DNA of 64,000 bases from Eledone cirrhosa (Eukaryota). A model generated the notes under the pieces. That model made no database searches. It had not been told where the DNA came from and worked only from the letters and a program-made list of their open reading frames with translations. The stretch is from contig OZ024743.1 in assembly GCA_964016885.1 (NCBI GenBank), forward strand, positions 260,214,001 through 260,278,000, in the 5' to 3' direction. Positions 26,898 through 40,929 of the stretch are shown here, piece by piece. The translations under genes and the position numbers were made by a program. How positions within the stretch are numbered: position 1 is the stretch's first letter; every line of letters starts with the position of its first letter.

Positions 26898-27398
26898 ATA
26901 TATATATATGGATAGATAGATAGATAGATAGGTATTTTATATACATACATACATTCACGCGTACATACATGCATAGATACCTGCGTGCATATATTTGTAT
27001 GTGAATATATTCATGTATGTGCATGAGTGATTCTATGTTTACGTGTACGTACATACGTGTGTGTGTATGTGTGAATATGCAATTCTCGGAATGCAATGTT
27101 ATTGACCGAACGTAATGCAATTTCTATATTGGCAATCATAAAAAATGCATGTCCCTCAATTAACAGTCATCTCAATCTTGTCAATATCGTATTTTCAATT
27201 TTAACTTCGTCTCAACTACTTGAATTAAAACTAATGTTTTTGCCTATTAATATTGTGTCACACACATTCATACACCCACATTCACACACATTTACACACA
27301 CGCACAGACACACATACACACGCATAACCATTAATGCGTTATTTATATAAAAAAGTATCAGTCACAAACACACACATATGTATATATATATATATATG

Positions 27399-27615
<217 letters not shown>

Positions 27616-27754
27616 GTATATATATAGGTTATCATGTAGTTTTTCCTTACATATATACATCTATACATAAATATATTTCGTTAGTTAAAAAAAGAAATGC
27701 CTAACATATTTAAGCACTCTAACACATATACCTATCTCACTATTTCTCTCTTCG

Positions 27755-27834
<80 letters not shown>

Positions 27835-28320
27835 CGCGCGTGTGTGTGTATGTGTAAGTGTGGGTGTGTGCTTCTGTGTGTATATGTGAGTACATATATA
27901 TTACACTAGATATACATAAATGGATGCTGTCTAATTATCGTAAAAATGCATCAAGGAAAAGACAAAAAACAAACAGAACCCATACAGAAATAAATTATAA
28001 ATATACAATCAAAAGTTATCTACTCTTGTATAGGACATTTGAATTAAAATTGAAGGATGATATATATATTATCTGGTGTCGTCGTGTCATTCGGTAATAT
28101 TTTTGTTCTGATTTGTTGTGATGTTATTTTTCACTCTCATCTTTTGTCCAGGTGGCAATGGTAAAAGGTTGGGTTGTCTAACATATTATCATGTTTTTTA
28201 CATTACGAAAACATTAATTCATTTGACATCATCAACGTCGTTGACATAGAATAACTTTTCCTTGTTGTTGTTGCTGTTGTTGTTTTCAGTTTTCTTATTG
28301 TTATGGTTGCTGCTGTTGTT

Positions 28321-28420
28321 ATTGTACTACTGACATTATTTCTTCTTCTTCTTCTTCTTCTTCTTCTTCTTCTTCTTCTTCTTCTTCTTCTTCTTCTTCT
28401 TCTTCTTCTTCTTCTTCTTC
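28321..28420. repeat. (CTT)n microsatellite (also 43170-43235; (GAA/GGA)n at 49945-50420)
   Basis: Seen directly. Confidence 0.97.
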
Positions 28421-28513
28421 TGTTGTTGTTGTTGATGTTATCTCCGTTGTTGAGTCTTTCGAGACGTGGTTCACCTCGATCCTGAAATTGTGTTATAACT
28501 TCCATTATTACAC

Positions 28514-28697
28514 GAATTGACAGTATCGGTAGAGGGTCGGACATGCTTTCCAGCATAGTTACGTTCCCTTACGATCTGAGTTCAAATCCCGCAAATCCCG
28601 CCGAGGTTAACTTTGCCTTTCATCCTTACGGGGTCGATAAAATAAAGTACCAGTAATGTACTGGGTAATTGCTGGCCTTGTGCGAAAAATAGAAACA
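28514..28697 (+). mobile_element. tRNA-derived SINE with attattacac TSD
   Basis: Family match. TSD at 28504-28513 and 28698-28707. Confidence 0.88.
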
Positions 28698-28799
28698 ATT
28701 ATTACACAAAATTATACATTGAGCTTTTGTTACCGTTTCATAGATAAACTAACCAGGACTTTAGGGAGCTGGTTAGTATTTTTTGAATCTGCAGTGCTT

Positions 28800-30762
28800 A
28801 GAGACTAAACTAGGGTTTGTTTACCAACCACCCCTCCCTCAATTTTTCCTTTAAAACAAGGAAAGATGGTGGACGAGGAATGTACGTTTGTTAAAAAGAA
28901 GTGCCAGCCGCAGAATGAAACGGCAACAATTTTTAAATCAGTGACAGCAGCAGCAGGAGCCGCAACAACAACAAAAAACAAAAACATTACGGAAAAAGAC
29001 TAAAACGAATTTCCTGCTGCTAAAAATTTTCAACACCGCCATCACCATCACAGGAACAACAAAAGAAAATAACAACAACAAAAATGCAACAAACACCGCC
29101 ACCACCACCACTGCAATAACAAATATAACAGAAGCAAACAACACAAATGGCAACAACGGGAAACAATTACAATGACAACAGCAAAACACGAACAAAACTT
29201 TCGCAGGAACTGCTGCTAAAGCAACCCAAATATTCAATTTAGACATTTTTAACAAGAACACCTGTTTTGGTACAAGCGACCCAAACTTGTCAAACTGAAC
29301 AAGATTTTGGACCGACATAGCCGTCCCGCTCGATGTCTTGGCAGCAACTGCCAAAAATACCCTATCGTACAAATGCATTTCGTTACAAACCAGGACGCAG
29401 TACACAATGAAGAAGCTAGAAGAGCACTGTAAACCATATTGTCGGACATCCAGCACATTGCTAGAGCCAGGCAATTTGGTACCATTTCAATTCTCTTCAA
29501 GAGAGAAGGCTTTGTGAAAAGCTCTATGGTTCGTTTGCCGCACAGAGGATTTTATACTCTATCCGGTGTACCTGGGAAGAAGGACCGGAAAGGTAAGAAT
29601 TGGAAGGTCTGCACTTTCAACTTCTTGTGTAAGAGATATGTTCCATTACTGAGGCGGTCCACCTGCTGCTAGCACGCTCAACGTGGGAGGACTGGGCTGA
29701 TTGATGTTTCAAACATGCGCTAAGGCTGCAGCATCTAAAAATATTCTTAAACGGTGAACAGGTGTGCTCGCCGTTTGTCGGACAGATTTTTTCCGCAGCT
29801 CATCTCTTTGATTGAGCTACAGCCATGGGTCAAGCGAAGACCGAGACTGGGCGACTGGTATCAAGAATGTTGTCAGGTTCTCACAGCCCTCTACTAATCG
29901 GGCAATGCGGTCAGTGGAAATTCCACTCTAGAGTTATATGGAGGATTAGTGGTGGGAAAGTGCACCGACGTTCTCGGAGATGGTTTGGGTATTCGACAAG
30001 ATCAAACTGGCCCAGTCTTGTTCCGGAGAACTTTCAAGCCAGGGACTATGTGGAACTTTCACAAATCCCTCGCTTGGCAGTGCTACCGGGGGGGTACTGC
30101 CGGGTTCGAGATAAACTCTACAAGCACGGAAATGCAGTCAGACCAGACCTGTCCGAGATGCGACGAAACCTTTCTGCACTCACTCGTCCAGTAACCATGC
30201 ATTACTGACTTGTAGAGTTTTTGTCGAACAGTTATTATCGCGGGTAGGGACGGATCCGACTATCGAATGAGTCCATTATGAAGATCACCGCGCCGCCTTC
30301 ATTTGGCTGGGAAGGGCAGGGAGTTTTTCATCTCTCTAGTGGCTGTAGCGAAAGAGGTTGTGTGGTGGATGCGGTTGAAAGGACTGAATAGGGACTTTCC
30401 TCTTCGGCCTTGCCCTATTCAAGTTTCTCAAGTTCCATTTGGAAAGGAAGGTGGGGACGTGGAGGAAAAGTGCTAACTTCCCCCCCCCCCCCTACATTTG
30501 TTAAAGTGTAAGTGAATGTAGGCTGGGGAGTGTGGAGAGAAGAGGAGTTCCCTCTTAGGGTGCTCTCGGAGAGTAGGGTGGTTTAGGATTGAGGGGATTT
30601 CTAAGTCACCCCAGGGTGGTACTTTCCCCATTGGAGAATTTTTTAAATGCATTTTGTTAACTTTGCTTTTACTTGATTTTATGTAAACAACCATTGTTCC
30701 GTTTTTTGTATTGCCCTTCATGTTTCGGCCCTTGTGGCTAATAGTGAATTGTTATTATTATT
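28800..30762 (+). mobile_element. Deleted L1/Tx1-like LINE (ORF1-like remnant + ORF2 C-terminus + tail)
   Basis: GGLG motif; LFRRTFKPGTMWNFHKSLAWQCYR..VRDKLYKHG..TCPRC.ETFLHSLVQ (zinc-knuckle C-terminus); tail ggcccttgtggctaata..(TTA)n. Clade assigned from recalled motifs only. Confidence 0.7.
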
Positions 30763-30765
30763 ATG

Positions 30766-31203
30766 CATTGGTAGTATCGGTAGAGGGTCGGACGGCATGC
30801 TTTTGCAGCATAAAGTCACGGCCTTTATGATCTGAGTTCAAATCCCGCCGAGGTTAACTTTGCCTTTTCATTCTTACGGGGTCGATAAAATAAAGGGACG
30901 AGTAATGCACTTGGGTCGATTTAATCGACTTTTCTCTTCCCATAAAATTTGCTGGCCTTGTGCCTAACTCAGAAAGTATTATTATTATTATTAACACTAT
31001 TGGTTGGCACGTCGGATAATATGCTTTGTGGGCATATGGTTACGTGCCTTTATGTGCTGAGTTTCAAATCCCGCCGAGGTTAGCTTTGCCTTTCAGCCTT
31101 AAGCGGTCGATAAAATAATGTACCAGTAACTCACTGGGGTCGATTTAATTCGACCTTTCCCTCTTCCTTTCAAATTGCTGTTCTTGTGCCAAAGGTAGAA
31201 AAC

Positions 31204-31206
<3 letters not shown>
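30766..31206 (+). mobile_element. Two tandem SINE copies
   Basis: Family core present twice (about 30766-30977 and 31000-31206). Confidence 0.85.
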
Positions 31207-31237
<31 letters not shown>

Positions 31238-31483
31238 TATCATCACCATTATCAACGTCCATCATCATCATCAGCTTTCGTCTTGTTTTCATTACGTGTC
31301 ATCACTGCATTAGCGAGTCCAGCTGTAAGAGCCTTGGTTTATGGTAGTGTTGTTTCTTGTGTTATATCTATTGTTTTTCAGAGTACTCTTCGTAATATGT
31401 ATGCCGCGCCTTGTGCTATTTTGTGATATTGTATATATTTGTCAGTCACTGGCTTTTGATTATATATCTTTTCTGTTTTTGTA

Positions 31484-31546
<63 letters not shown>

Positions 31547-32334
31547 GTGTGTGTGTGCATTTTGTGTATGTGTGTGTGTATGTGAATGTATTTGTGTGTG
31601 CGTGTGTGTATGGTGTATGTATTTGTGTGTGCGTGTGTGTGCTTTATGATTCCCAGAGCCCCTGTTTATTATAGGGATAGTTTTTTTTGTTTTCATCATC
31701 AACATTCGAGTTATTTCTATTTCCACATTTATATTTAGATAATTTCCCCAAAACATAATGGATATACAAACATATGTGGAGATAGATACATCAATTAGAA
31801 AACTTTTTTCTTCTTCTATGGTATTTTGAATATCATATCTTGTTGGTTGGCTTTGATCTCCCTGGTCTGTGTGTATTGGCATAACCCCAGAGCATGGTTG
31901 CCTTGACATTCTCTGACACCTTTGTTAGTGTATGTCTGTGATACCTCTGTCCTCTTGGCATTTTATAATACAGGTATAATAATACGAATTTGTATTAAAA
32001 CTGTTTATCTTTTTTAGTTTCAGTAATGCGCCTCTCTGAAGTCCTGCGTCGTTGGCGGCTGATTAGTTGGTCTTAATAGCAGCGCTGATCCTGACCTAAG
32101 ACGTTTAAAAATTGAGTTTGTTATTAGTAAGACACAAATTGAAAACTTGAAATTATTCGGTAACTGAAAAAAACATTTGTGATTTTCGTTATGTTAAAAT
32201 TCGATACTTATTTTGGAATAAAATTATATTTAACTATGTTCGTGTAATACACAATTGTTAAACCTAGATTTTTGTTTAAGTTAATGGCTTGGGTTTCACT
32301 GTTTATTCCTGGTTATTTAAATTGTCGAATCCAT

Positions 32335-32856
32335 AATGGAAAAAGAGTCCGGGTGATTATGTTGTATGAGTTCAAAATGAAACGCAATTCAATGGAATAA
32401 CCCAATCAGTTTTTCTAGACAACCTGTCCTAAAATTTCTTGGATCCTGGTGAAACCATAATAGCTGATAGTTATAACCCAGGGTATCGATTACATGCGAA
32501 GGATTTACAATGTTTATGTATTAATATTGGTAAAATTAATAAGAACCAATTCTTCTCCCATGAAAACACCAGACATCTCTTACAAATAAATCTGCAGTAA
32601 CAGTAGGGGCTGGGCTATGAAAACTCTACCTCATGCACTTTACTCCGAGGTTCTTCCTCTGATTAACTACCACTTTTTCGAGCATCTTAATAACTTAATG
32701 CAAAAGAAGAATTTTCAACAACCAAGTAGTAGCTCCAGGCGTGTTTGAATAATTCATCGGTTCCGGAAATCCAGAATTATTTCCTGCGACAATAAATAGA
32801 CATGTATCCCGTTGATAGGAATGTATAAATTTTATAATCGTTATTATTTCGATTAA
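32335..32856 (+). pseudogene. Decayed mariner transposase
   Basis: RVIMLYEFK; FLDPGETIIADSY; LGYETLPHALYSEVLPLINYHFFEHL (YSPDLAP.DY-like); ends YFD*. Confidence 0.8.
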
Positions 32857-33458
32857 GAAAATATATAAAATATATTGCTTGAAAGTTGATGGTTACAAAA
32901 AAAGGTAATCTGTACCAAATTTAAATATTGCTTTCTTCAGCGTAGTGTGTTTCTAAAAGAAAATTTAATATGGCAGTAGGTATATATGAAATAATTGTAT
33001 GATAGTGATATAATTGTTTTCTACTTTAGGCACAAGGCCAGGCAAATTATCCAGTACATTACTGTACATTACTGATAGTGATATAATGGAGGTAGGTATG
33101 AAAATAGAATTGAATAATTAACCAATGATAATAATAAATATAAATAATTATATATATAAATGAATTTTAAAGTTTTCAATTAAAATTAATGGGTTGAATT
33201 GAATTATATCACATAAAAAAGAGTTATAAATAAAGAGCCCAAAAAAGTAACACGCAAAAAAATATCCAAAACAAAATAACGAAAAAGAATGTTGGATAGT
33301 TTAGATCGACTTAAAGTATTTACTGAAGATATGTTTTGCAAAGAAACTCCATATATACATACAACACAACACATACATATATACACACACATATACATAC
33401 ATACACATGAATATGTGCTTGTATGCAATAGATGCTACTTATAATCACGTATACTATA

Positions 33459-33841
33459 ATTGTTTCTACTATTGGCACAAGGCCAGCAATTACCCAGTAC
33501 ATTACTAGTACTTTATTTTATCGACCCCGTAAGGATGAAAAGGCAAAGTTAGCCTCAGCGGGATTTGAACTCAGAATGGCAAGGGCCGTAACTCTATGCG
33601 TCAAAGCATGGCGTCCGACTCTCTACCGATACTGCCAATCCACCTATACTATAATTGTTTCTACTTTAGGCACAAGGCCAGCAATTATCCAGTGCATTAC
33701 TGGTACTTTATTTTTATCGACCCCGTAAGGATGAAAGGCAAAGTCAACCTCGGCGGGATTTGAACTCGATCGTAAAGGGACGTAACTATGCTGCCAAAGC
33801 ATGGCGTCCGACCCTCTACCGATTACTGCCAATCCACCGCC
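33459..33841 (-). mobile_element. SINE tandem dimer (plus tail fragment at 33013-33060)
   Basis: Two family copies separated by tatactata. Confidence 0.88.
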
Positions 33842-33988
33842 TACTATATAATGAAATAGTTTATTGGTATCTAAACGGCCTCGTCCGAAAATAATTAGAA
33901 ATAAGTGTCTTCTGATATAGATATATACATTACATATATAGATTATATAGATATATACATACATATATATATATTATTATATATATAT

Positions 33989-34080
<92 letters not shown>

Positions 34081-34085
34081 TATAT

Positions 34086-34760
34086 ATGTAAGTATGCATG
34101 TATAACGTACATACATATATGTATACAGACGTACAGTAGCATGCACATATATATTTATATTATATACATATATACATTACATATGCATACAGGTACACAT
34201 ACATATATGCACGTATCAGTTTAGCGGCGCTTATTATAACGTCGCTTTGTTCGTTTGTAAACAAACTGAACAGCCTGAATTTATGCCATTACGGTGTTAA
34301 GGCAACCACGTCACCTTTTTGTTCAACACTGACACAGGAACGATGTACTAGTTTCAAGCTTGTTAGCTATCATCAGCACCGTTTACCCATCTGCCAGATA
34401 GTTGAACGTTCGAAAGTATATACTTTCCTTATGAAAATTAACGGCTGAGCAGCCTAATTTGCATATTGAGTGAGTTAAAATCGGTCAGGCATACCGAAAA
34501 ACGATAAATTGAAACAAAATGAAAACGAAATTTCATTTCTCACTCTTAGTATGGCACTTACTTAAATGTAAGTATGCATGTATACGTACATACATATATG
34601 TATACAGACGTACAGTAGCATGCACACATATATATATATATATATATACATATATACATACAACATATGCATACAGGTACACATACATATATGCACGTAT
34701 CATTACATGCAACTACATTTAAGTATGCCATACTAGAAATTCGTTCATTTTATTCAATTT
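34086..34760 (-). mobile_element. Hammerhead element: ~480-bp monomer with terminal direct repeat and short foldback
   Basis: 34086-34218 is repeated at 34566-34702. 34705-34760 inverts 34508-34580. HHR (-) at 34339-34383: aacggtg-CTGATGA-tagct-aaca-agctt-GAAA-ctag-TA-catcgtt. Confidence 0.8.
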
Positions 34761-34771
34761 ATATATATATA

Positions 34772-34971
34772 NNNNNNNNNNNNNNNNNNNNNNNNNNNNN
34801 NNNNNNNNNNNNNNNNNNNNNNNNNNNNNNNNNNNNNNNNNNNNNNNNNNNNNNNNNNNNNNNNNNNNNNNNNNNNNNNNNNNNNNNNNNNNNNNNNNNN
34901 NNNNNNNNNNNNNNNNNNNNNNNNNNNNNNNNNNNNNNNNNNNNNNNNNNNNNNNNNNNNNNNNNNNNNNN
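34772..34971. other. Assembly gap (200 N)
   Basis: Run of n. Confidence 1.
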
Positions 34972-35036
34972 ACACAAACAGTATATCTAATATACTGTTT
35001 GTAATAACAGTATTAAACAGGAAACACTCTAAGGTC

Positions 35037-35081
<45 letters not shown>

Positions 35082-36072
35082 GTATGTATGTACGATAGAT
35101 GTATGTATGTATGTTTGATGATTGTGTGCATATATATGCACACAATATATATATAAGAAAATAAACAGACATTCTAATCTGAGTGTATGATATTTATTAT
35201 CTGTAATATCATAGATGAAATACTTACTTTTCTATTTATTGAGAAGAAAGTTTTGACATTGCTGCAATAAGGCAGTTAGAAGTAAAGAAAATGAAACGTT
35301 TATTCGTCGAATACTGAAGATTCGCTGAATGGTGGCCATATTTATCCGGATGACTTGGCCACAGCTGTATTAGGACATATAATTGAAGTACTTAAGAGGA
35401 AATCCAGTCCGAGTATACGAAAATGCTTACGTAATATATATTTAGAAATAAAAATAAAAAACAGTAATATTTAAAAGTTGGAACGAAGGTGATGTTTATG
35501 ATAGCAATACTGCTAGTGATAGCAATTTCGTAGTATTGATAATATGAATAACAATAATAATATTTAATAGTAATAAAAAAAAATTATATGAATTCTTTTA
35601 TCGCCCAAGGGAGGAAATTAAAGGTCATTACAATGACAAATCACAAAACATGTTTTAATTATGACTGAGATTGCAGATCGTACAAAGAAACAACAATTAT
35701 GTGAAATATATACATTATACGTATATGTATTACAAAATGCGGACAGCCACGCGTACACACCACACGTACACACCAACACACAGCAATACACAAACACACA
35801 CACACAGTCACACAATCAAGTAAGACTTTGTGGTATGTACTCTGCTTTCTCAGTGTGGACACAGCGGGATTTGAGCTGAAAACGCAGAGGGGCAGAACAA
35901 ACATCCATCGCTCACACCATATTGCCAAATCTAGCACTATATATATATATATAATAGAGAAGAAATTATATTTACTCCAGCTCTACCAGCTGTTGAGTGC
36001 TACTTATCTGATATATGCATAGTTTTATTGTTCTACAATATTACTCACCTTCTACATTATATATATATATAT

Positions 36073-36956
36073 AAGAAATAGGATTTCGCTTCAAGCATAG
36101 CTTTATACAATATGTATAAATATTTCGTATCTCCAAAGAAATACCGTTTTAGGAAGCCGTAGCTATGCAAACACAGGGGCGCTAATGCCCTCTGGTGATG
36201 TCCAGCAGAAGCAAGGGGGACAACCGTCTATGCATTTCAGGCTTAACTGGCCTTCGTCAGGACCGTCCCTCCCACCGCTTGCGACTGCTGGACTAGAAGA
36301 AAGGTAAGAATATATAGTTTTCTCGTCTCTGTAAATGAGGTGATTAATCTCATTTGCATATGAAGCTGCATAAGTTGGCTAAACTTATAATAAAAAAGAA
36401 ATAGGATTTCGCTTCAAGCATAGCTTGATACAATATGTATAAATATTTCGTATCTCCAAAGAAATACGGTTTTAGGAAGCCGTAGCTATGCAAACACCGG
36501 GGGGCAACGCCCTCTGGTGATGTCCAGCAGAAGGAAGAGGAACAACCGTCTATGGACATCACCAGAGGGCGTTAGCCCCCCGGTGTTTGCATAGCTACGG
36601 CTTCCTAAAACCGTATTTCTTTGGAGATACGAAATATTTATACATATTTTATAATGCTATGCTTGAAGCGAAATCCTATTTCTTTTTTATTATAAGTTGA
36701 GCCAACTTATGCAGCTTCATATGCGATTAATCACCTCATTTACACAGACGAGAAAACTATATATTCTCGCCTGTCTTCTAGTCCAGCAGTCGCAAGCGGT
36801 GGGAGGGACCGTCCTGACGAAGGCCAGTTAAGCCTGAAATGCATAGACGGTTGTCCCCCTTGCTTCTGTTAGACATCACCAGAGGGCGTCAGAGGGTGTT
36901 TGCATAGCTACGGCTTCCTAAAACCGTATTTCTTTGGGGATACGAAATATTTATAC

Positions 36957-36960
<4 letters not shown>
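36073..36960. mobile_element. Retrozyme-like element: 323-bp monomer, ~1.5-mer fused to an inverted ~1.25-mer
   Basis: aagaaataggatttcgc at 36073 and 36396; inversion at about 36553. Perfect HHR (+) at 36808-36851: accgtc-CTGACGA-aggc..gcct-GAAA-tgca-TA-gacggt. A copy lies on - at 36223-36266. Confidence 0.9.
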
Positions 36961-37035
<75 letters not shown>

Positions 37036-37222
37036 TTTATAACTACACCTCTCTCTATATATATACACAAGAATTCATTCTCCAGTCTCCTTCTCAACAA
37101 GGAAGATGAAAAATACCTTTTAATTTTTAGTTTTTAATTTTTATTAATTCTTTTTAATTGTATTGATAAGATGAATTTTAATGATACATCGAAACCGGTA
37201 ATACTTTATATATATTATAAAA

Positions 37223-37471
37223 CTTCTAGGCGAAGGCAACTCAGGAAACTGCGATAACTCCGGTATAAAACCTGCGGCTCAGTAGTTACCAATGATGTTG
37301 ATCTTTTCTTCTTTTCCGGTTATAGCTACTGTCGCTCAGAGAGTAGGATTGGCTCAGTGCACAGTCTTTCCTCACTTCAAAAAATATCTTCACGCACAGG
37401 CATTGCACGATAGAATTAATAATGGTATATCGTGCAGTGGCCATACTCGATAACGAGGGGGGAGCCATCAT
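37223..37471 (+). mobile_element. RTE-like non-autonomous element, 3' part
   Basis: Homologous to 57318-57590 (inverted) and 20248-20364. Confidence 0.75.
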
Positions 37472-37645
37472 ATATATATATAGATAGATTTAAGCATAAT
37501 AAATGTGTATATGAAAGCATATACTATATTTTCATATTTTCATATACAATAAATACATGAGATACTCGCTATCAAGGAAGAAATATTTTTTCGTTAGGAA
37601 AAATAAAATCGTTTTTGCTCGGTATCAGATATCTCCATAGACGTT

Positions 37646-37700
37646 GTGAATACCTGGCAGCTGTTTCAAGATTCATTAATCACTCATCAGTGACATTCAC
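37646..37700 (-). ncRNA. Degenerate hammerhead motif (another at 37160-37204, +)
   Basis: Minus: gtgaatgtca-CTGATGA..GAAA-cagctg-CC-aggtattcac. Plus: gta-TTGATAA-gatg..catc-GAAA-ccgg-TA-atac. Confidence 0.5.
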
Positions 37701-38507
37701 TCAACCGGTACTGAAATGAAAATAGACTAGAGTCTATATAGATTTTGCGTATTAAACATTTGCTGGAGAAGCCTTTTTTTTATGTTTCATCGGCTGGAAA
37801 TGATAATTTACATATAGTGCGAATTTGACTGGGGGTGGTGGTGGCGTCTGATACAGGTCTGTGGTATCAGAGTCATGCTGGTGGTGGTGGTGGAGGTGGT
37901 GTTTGTAGTGGTGGCGGTGGAGGGTTGAGGCTGGAGCAGTAGTGATTGTGATAGTGGTAATCTTGGTGTTGGTAGTCTTGATGGTGGTGGTGAGGACGGT
38001 TGTGTTATAGGTGGCGGCGGTGGTGGTGGTGGTGTGATGATGACGATGATGATGTCAGTGAGAATACTGGTAGTGGTTAGATGTTATTGGTGTGTGTGTG
38101 TTTTTGTCCATTATAAAGTGAGTAATTAATAAGGAATGAGGAAGTGGAGGAGACGTGGTGGCTGTAGATTGAATAAGGTAGAGGGTGACTGGATTGATAG
38201 AGATGAGATTTTGTACTTATTGGATAATCATTTAAATAGATTACTTCACTTGCTTTCTAGGGAAAATGATTTCCATATTACACATACACATACACCACAC
38301 ACACACACACACACACACAAATAGAGATATATACTAATGCACTCATGAGCTCATATACAAGGTGCACACACATACATACTCTCAGTGAAACCTATACGGA
38401 TACTAACATACAATCCGCCACACACACACACATATATACATACATACGCGTTATGTGTATCGAGAGTCATACATGTACATATATATATATAAACACACAT
38501 ACACACA

Positions 38508-38592
<85 letters not shown>

Positions 38593-39519
38593 GTAAAACT
38601 TAATATATTGTTCATGGAATAGAAAAACTAATATCAATAACTGTGGCCAAATGCTAATAATGATGATTATTTTAATAATAATGGTTTTTGATTTAGGCAA
38701 ATGGCGAACAATTTTGGGGAGGGGAAAGTCGATTAAACCGACCGCACGTTCAGAATAGGCCCATCACACAGGCCATCCTTACAACATTCACCCACCTTTT
38801 AGCAAATGTATTGAGGTGGGGGTGGGTTGGGGGCGGAAACACTCACCTCTACACTTCTTTTCAGAAGTATAAAAATGCATGGTAAAAATTTGAAAACGAT
38901 AGTGAACTGCCCACATGGTCAACTAAGGGCTTCAAATGAGCATTTTTTGAAATCGCACATATTTCAAAACTTATTTTGACACTCCCATAATAGTAACTAA
39001 CAGGGTTACTGCTCAGAAATGGTCCACTATATGCTAACCAACAGGAAAACAATTATGGTCACTTTATCTAGTGTACATATTGAGATAGAAATACCTAAAA
39101 GAGGCATAAATTTGCTCTACGTTCAATTCTTGACAATTTTCAGAGGCCTGTAGATGGAAAAATATACTAAATACATTTGATTTGATAAAATATTTGAACT
39201 CCACAGAAAAAGTTATCCCCAAATACATGATTTCAAAGTTGTGCTTACCTTATTAGAGGAGAAATGACTGTCTCAAGTTGGTCCGAGAGGTTCTTTCGGA
39301 AAAAATGTATAATTAATTAATATTTTAAAGGTCTACAATCTCAAAACTATCAAAGATATTGACCTAATACTTGATATTTTCCCATCATATAGGTACAGGA
39401 GCTAGTATGAATTTTTTTCAGGTGGATCTGAAGGGGTGACCTGGGACCCTCTGGGTGATTTGAAATGGAATGACCGAAAAGTTGATGAGAGATTGGCCGA
39501 AAAGAAATGTCAGTTTCAG

Positions 39520-40700
39520 CCCTTTCAGGTTTGTCCACCACAAAACTTCTTTTGCTAGAACCATCAGGCATAGGAAAACTCCTGCCCTTCCCGGACAAAA
39601 GAAGGCAGCGTGGTGATCTTCACGTTGAATTCGGTCGATAGCCAGATCTGTCCCACATTCAATAACAGCTGTTCGATATCACCCAACAAGTCAGTAATGC
39701 ACGGTCACTGGACGAGCACGTGCAGAACGGTTTCTTCGTTCTGTGCGCATTTCTGACGAGTCCGTCTCACCGCACCGCTGTGCTTGTAGAGTGTATCTCG
39801 AACCGTTAATGACCACCGGTAGCAGTGCCAAGCCAGGGATTTCTGGAAGTTATCCATAGTCCTCGGTTCGAAAGTCCTCCGAAACAGACTGGCCAGTTCG
39901 ATTTCATCGATGCCCAGAGCCTCTCCGAGAACGCCGTTGCACTTGCTAATCATTAATTCTCTATAGAACTCCAGAGGGCAGTGAGCGCCTAGTAACTTTC
40001 CAGATTCCAGGTGCCCATCTTGGCCTCTTCTTGACCCAGGAATGCAGTTCAAACAAAGGGACAAGCGAAAAGACCTGTCTCACAAAAGGAGATCACACCT
40101 GTTCACAGTTTAAGAATATCTGTAGATGCCGGACCCTCAGCACATGTTTGTGCATCATCAGCCACGGCATTCCCAACCCACCACGTAGAGGGTTTTGGCA
40201 GTAGATGAACCGCCTCACCAATGGAACATGTCCACTCCACAAGACGTTGCAGAGCAGGCGTTCCAATTTGGTGAGGTGCGAAAGGAGATAAGGCATGACG
40301 GTCAGGCGGTAACAGATGACGGCTGCTAACAGTACAGGGTGAGACGTTCCTAGAAAGGCTTCTATGCGCTTAAATAAATCCGGGTGTCTGGCCCCGGTCG
40401 AGGTGTAGACGGCCACCCGTCTAAATGCACCACCTTCAAGGAAGATCATCCTTACTTCGAGATCATGGCTTTCCTACACAGCTGGTTTATCGTCCATACT
40501 TTAAACAGAAAAACTATTCGTAAAAACAAATTAAAATTCAAGTATTTGGGCCTATTACGTGGTCGCTTTTTTACAGGGCAGGCAAAGGCGGGTGTCTTAT
40601 GACCCTTTTACAACAAAAAATTACAACAAAATGTAAATTAAAACACCGTAATTCAACAAACCTATTGGAGCACAGAATCGCATGTCTTCACACTTTAGTC
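39520..40700 (-). mobile_element. L1/Tx1-like LINE remnant
   Basis: CNVLWSGHVPLVRR..PLRGGLGMP; LFRRTFEPRTMDNFQKSLAWHCYR..ETVLHVLVQ. Homologous to 29600-30400. Confidence 0.75.
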
Positions 40701-40711
40701 GCCAATGATAA

Positions 40712-40903
40712 TAATTGTTTCTACTTTTAACACAAGGCCAGCAATTACCACAGTGCATTACTGGTACTTTATTTTATCTACCCCGCAAGGATGAAAGGCA
40801 AAGTTAACCTCGGCAGGATTTGAACTCAGAACGTAAAGGGCCATAACTCTATGCTACAAAGCATGGCGTCCGACCCTCTACTGATACTGCCAATCCACCA
40901 CCC
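40712..40903 (-). mobile_element. tRNA-derived SINE
   Basis: Family match. Confidence 0.88.
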
Positions 40904-40929
40904 TTAATAATAATGTAATGATGATGGTG

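Noticed and set aside
38930-39350. Possible DNA-transposon remnant
   Set aside because: No TIR pair or coding motif could be identified.
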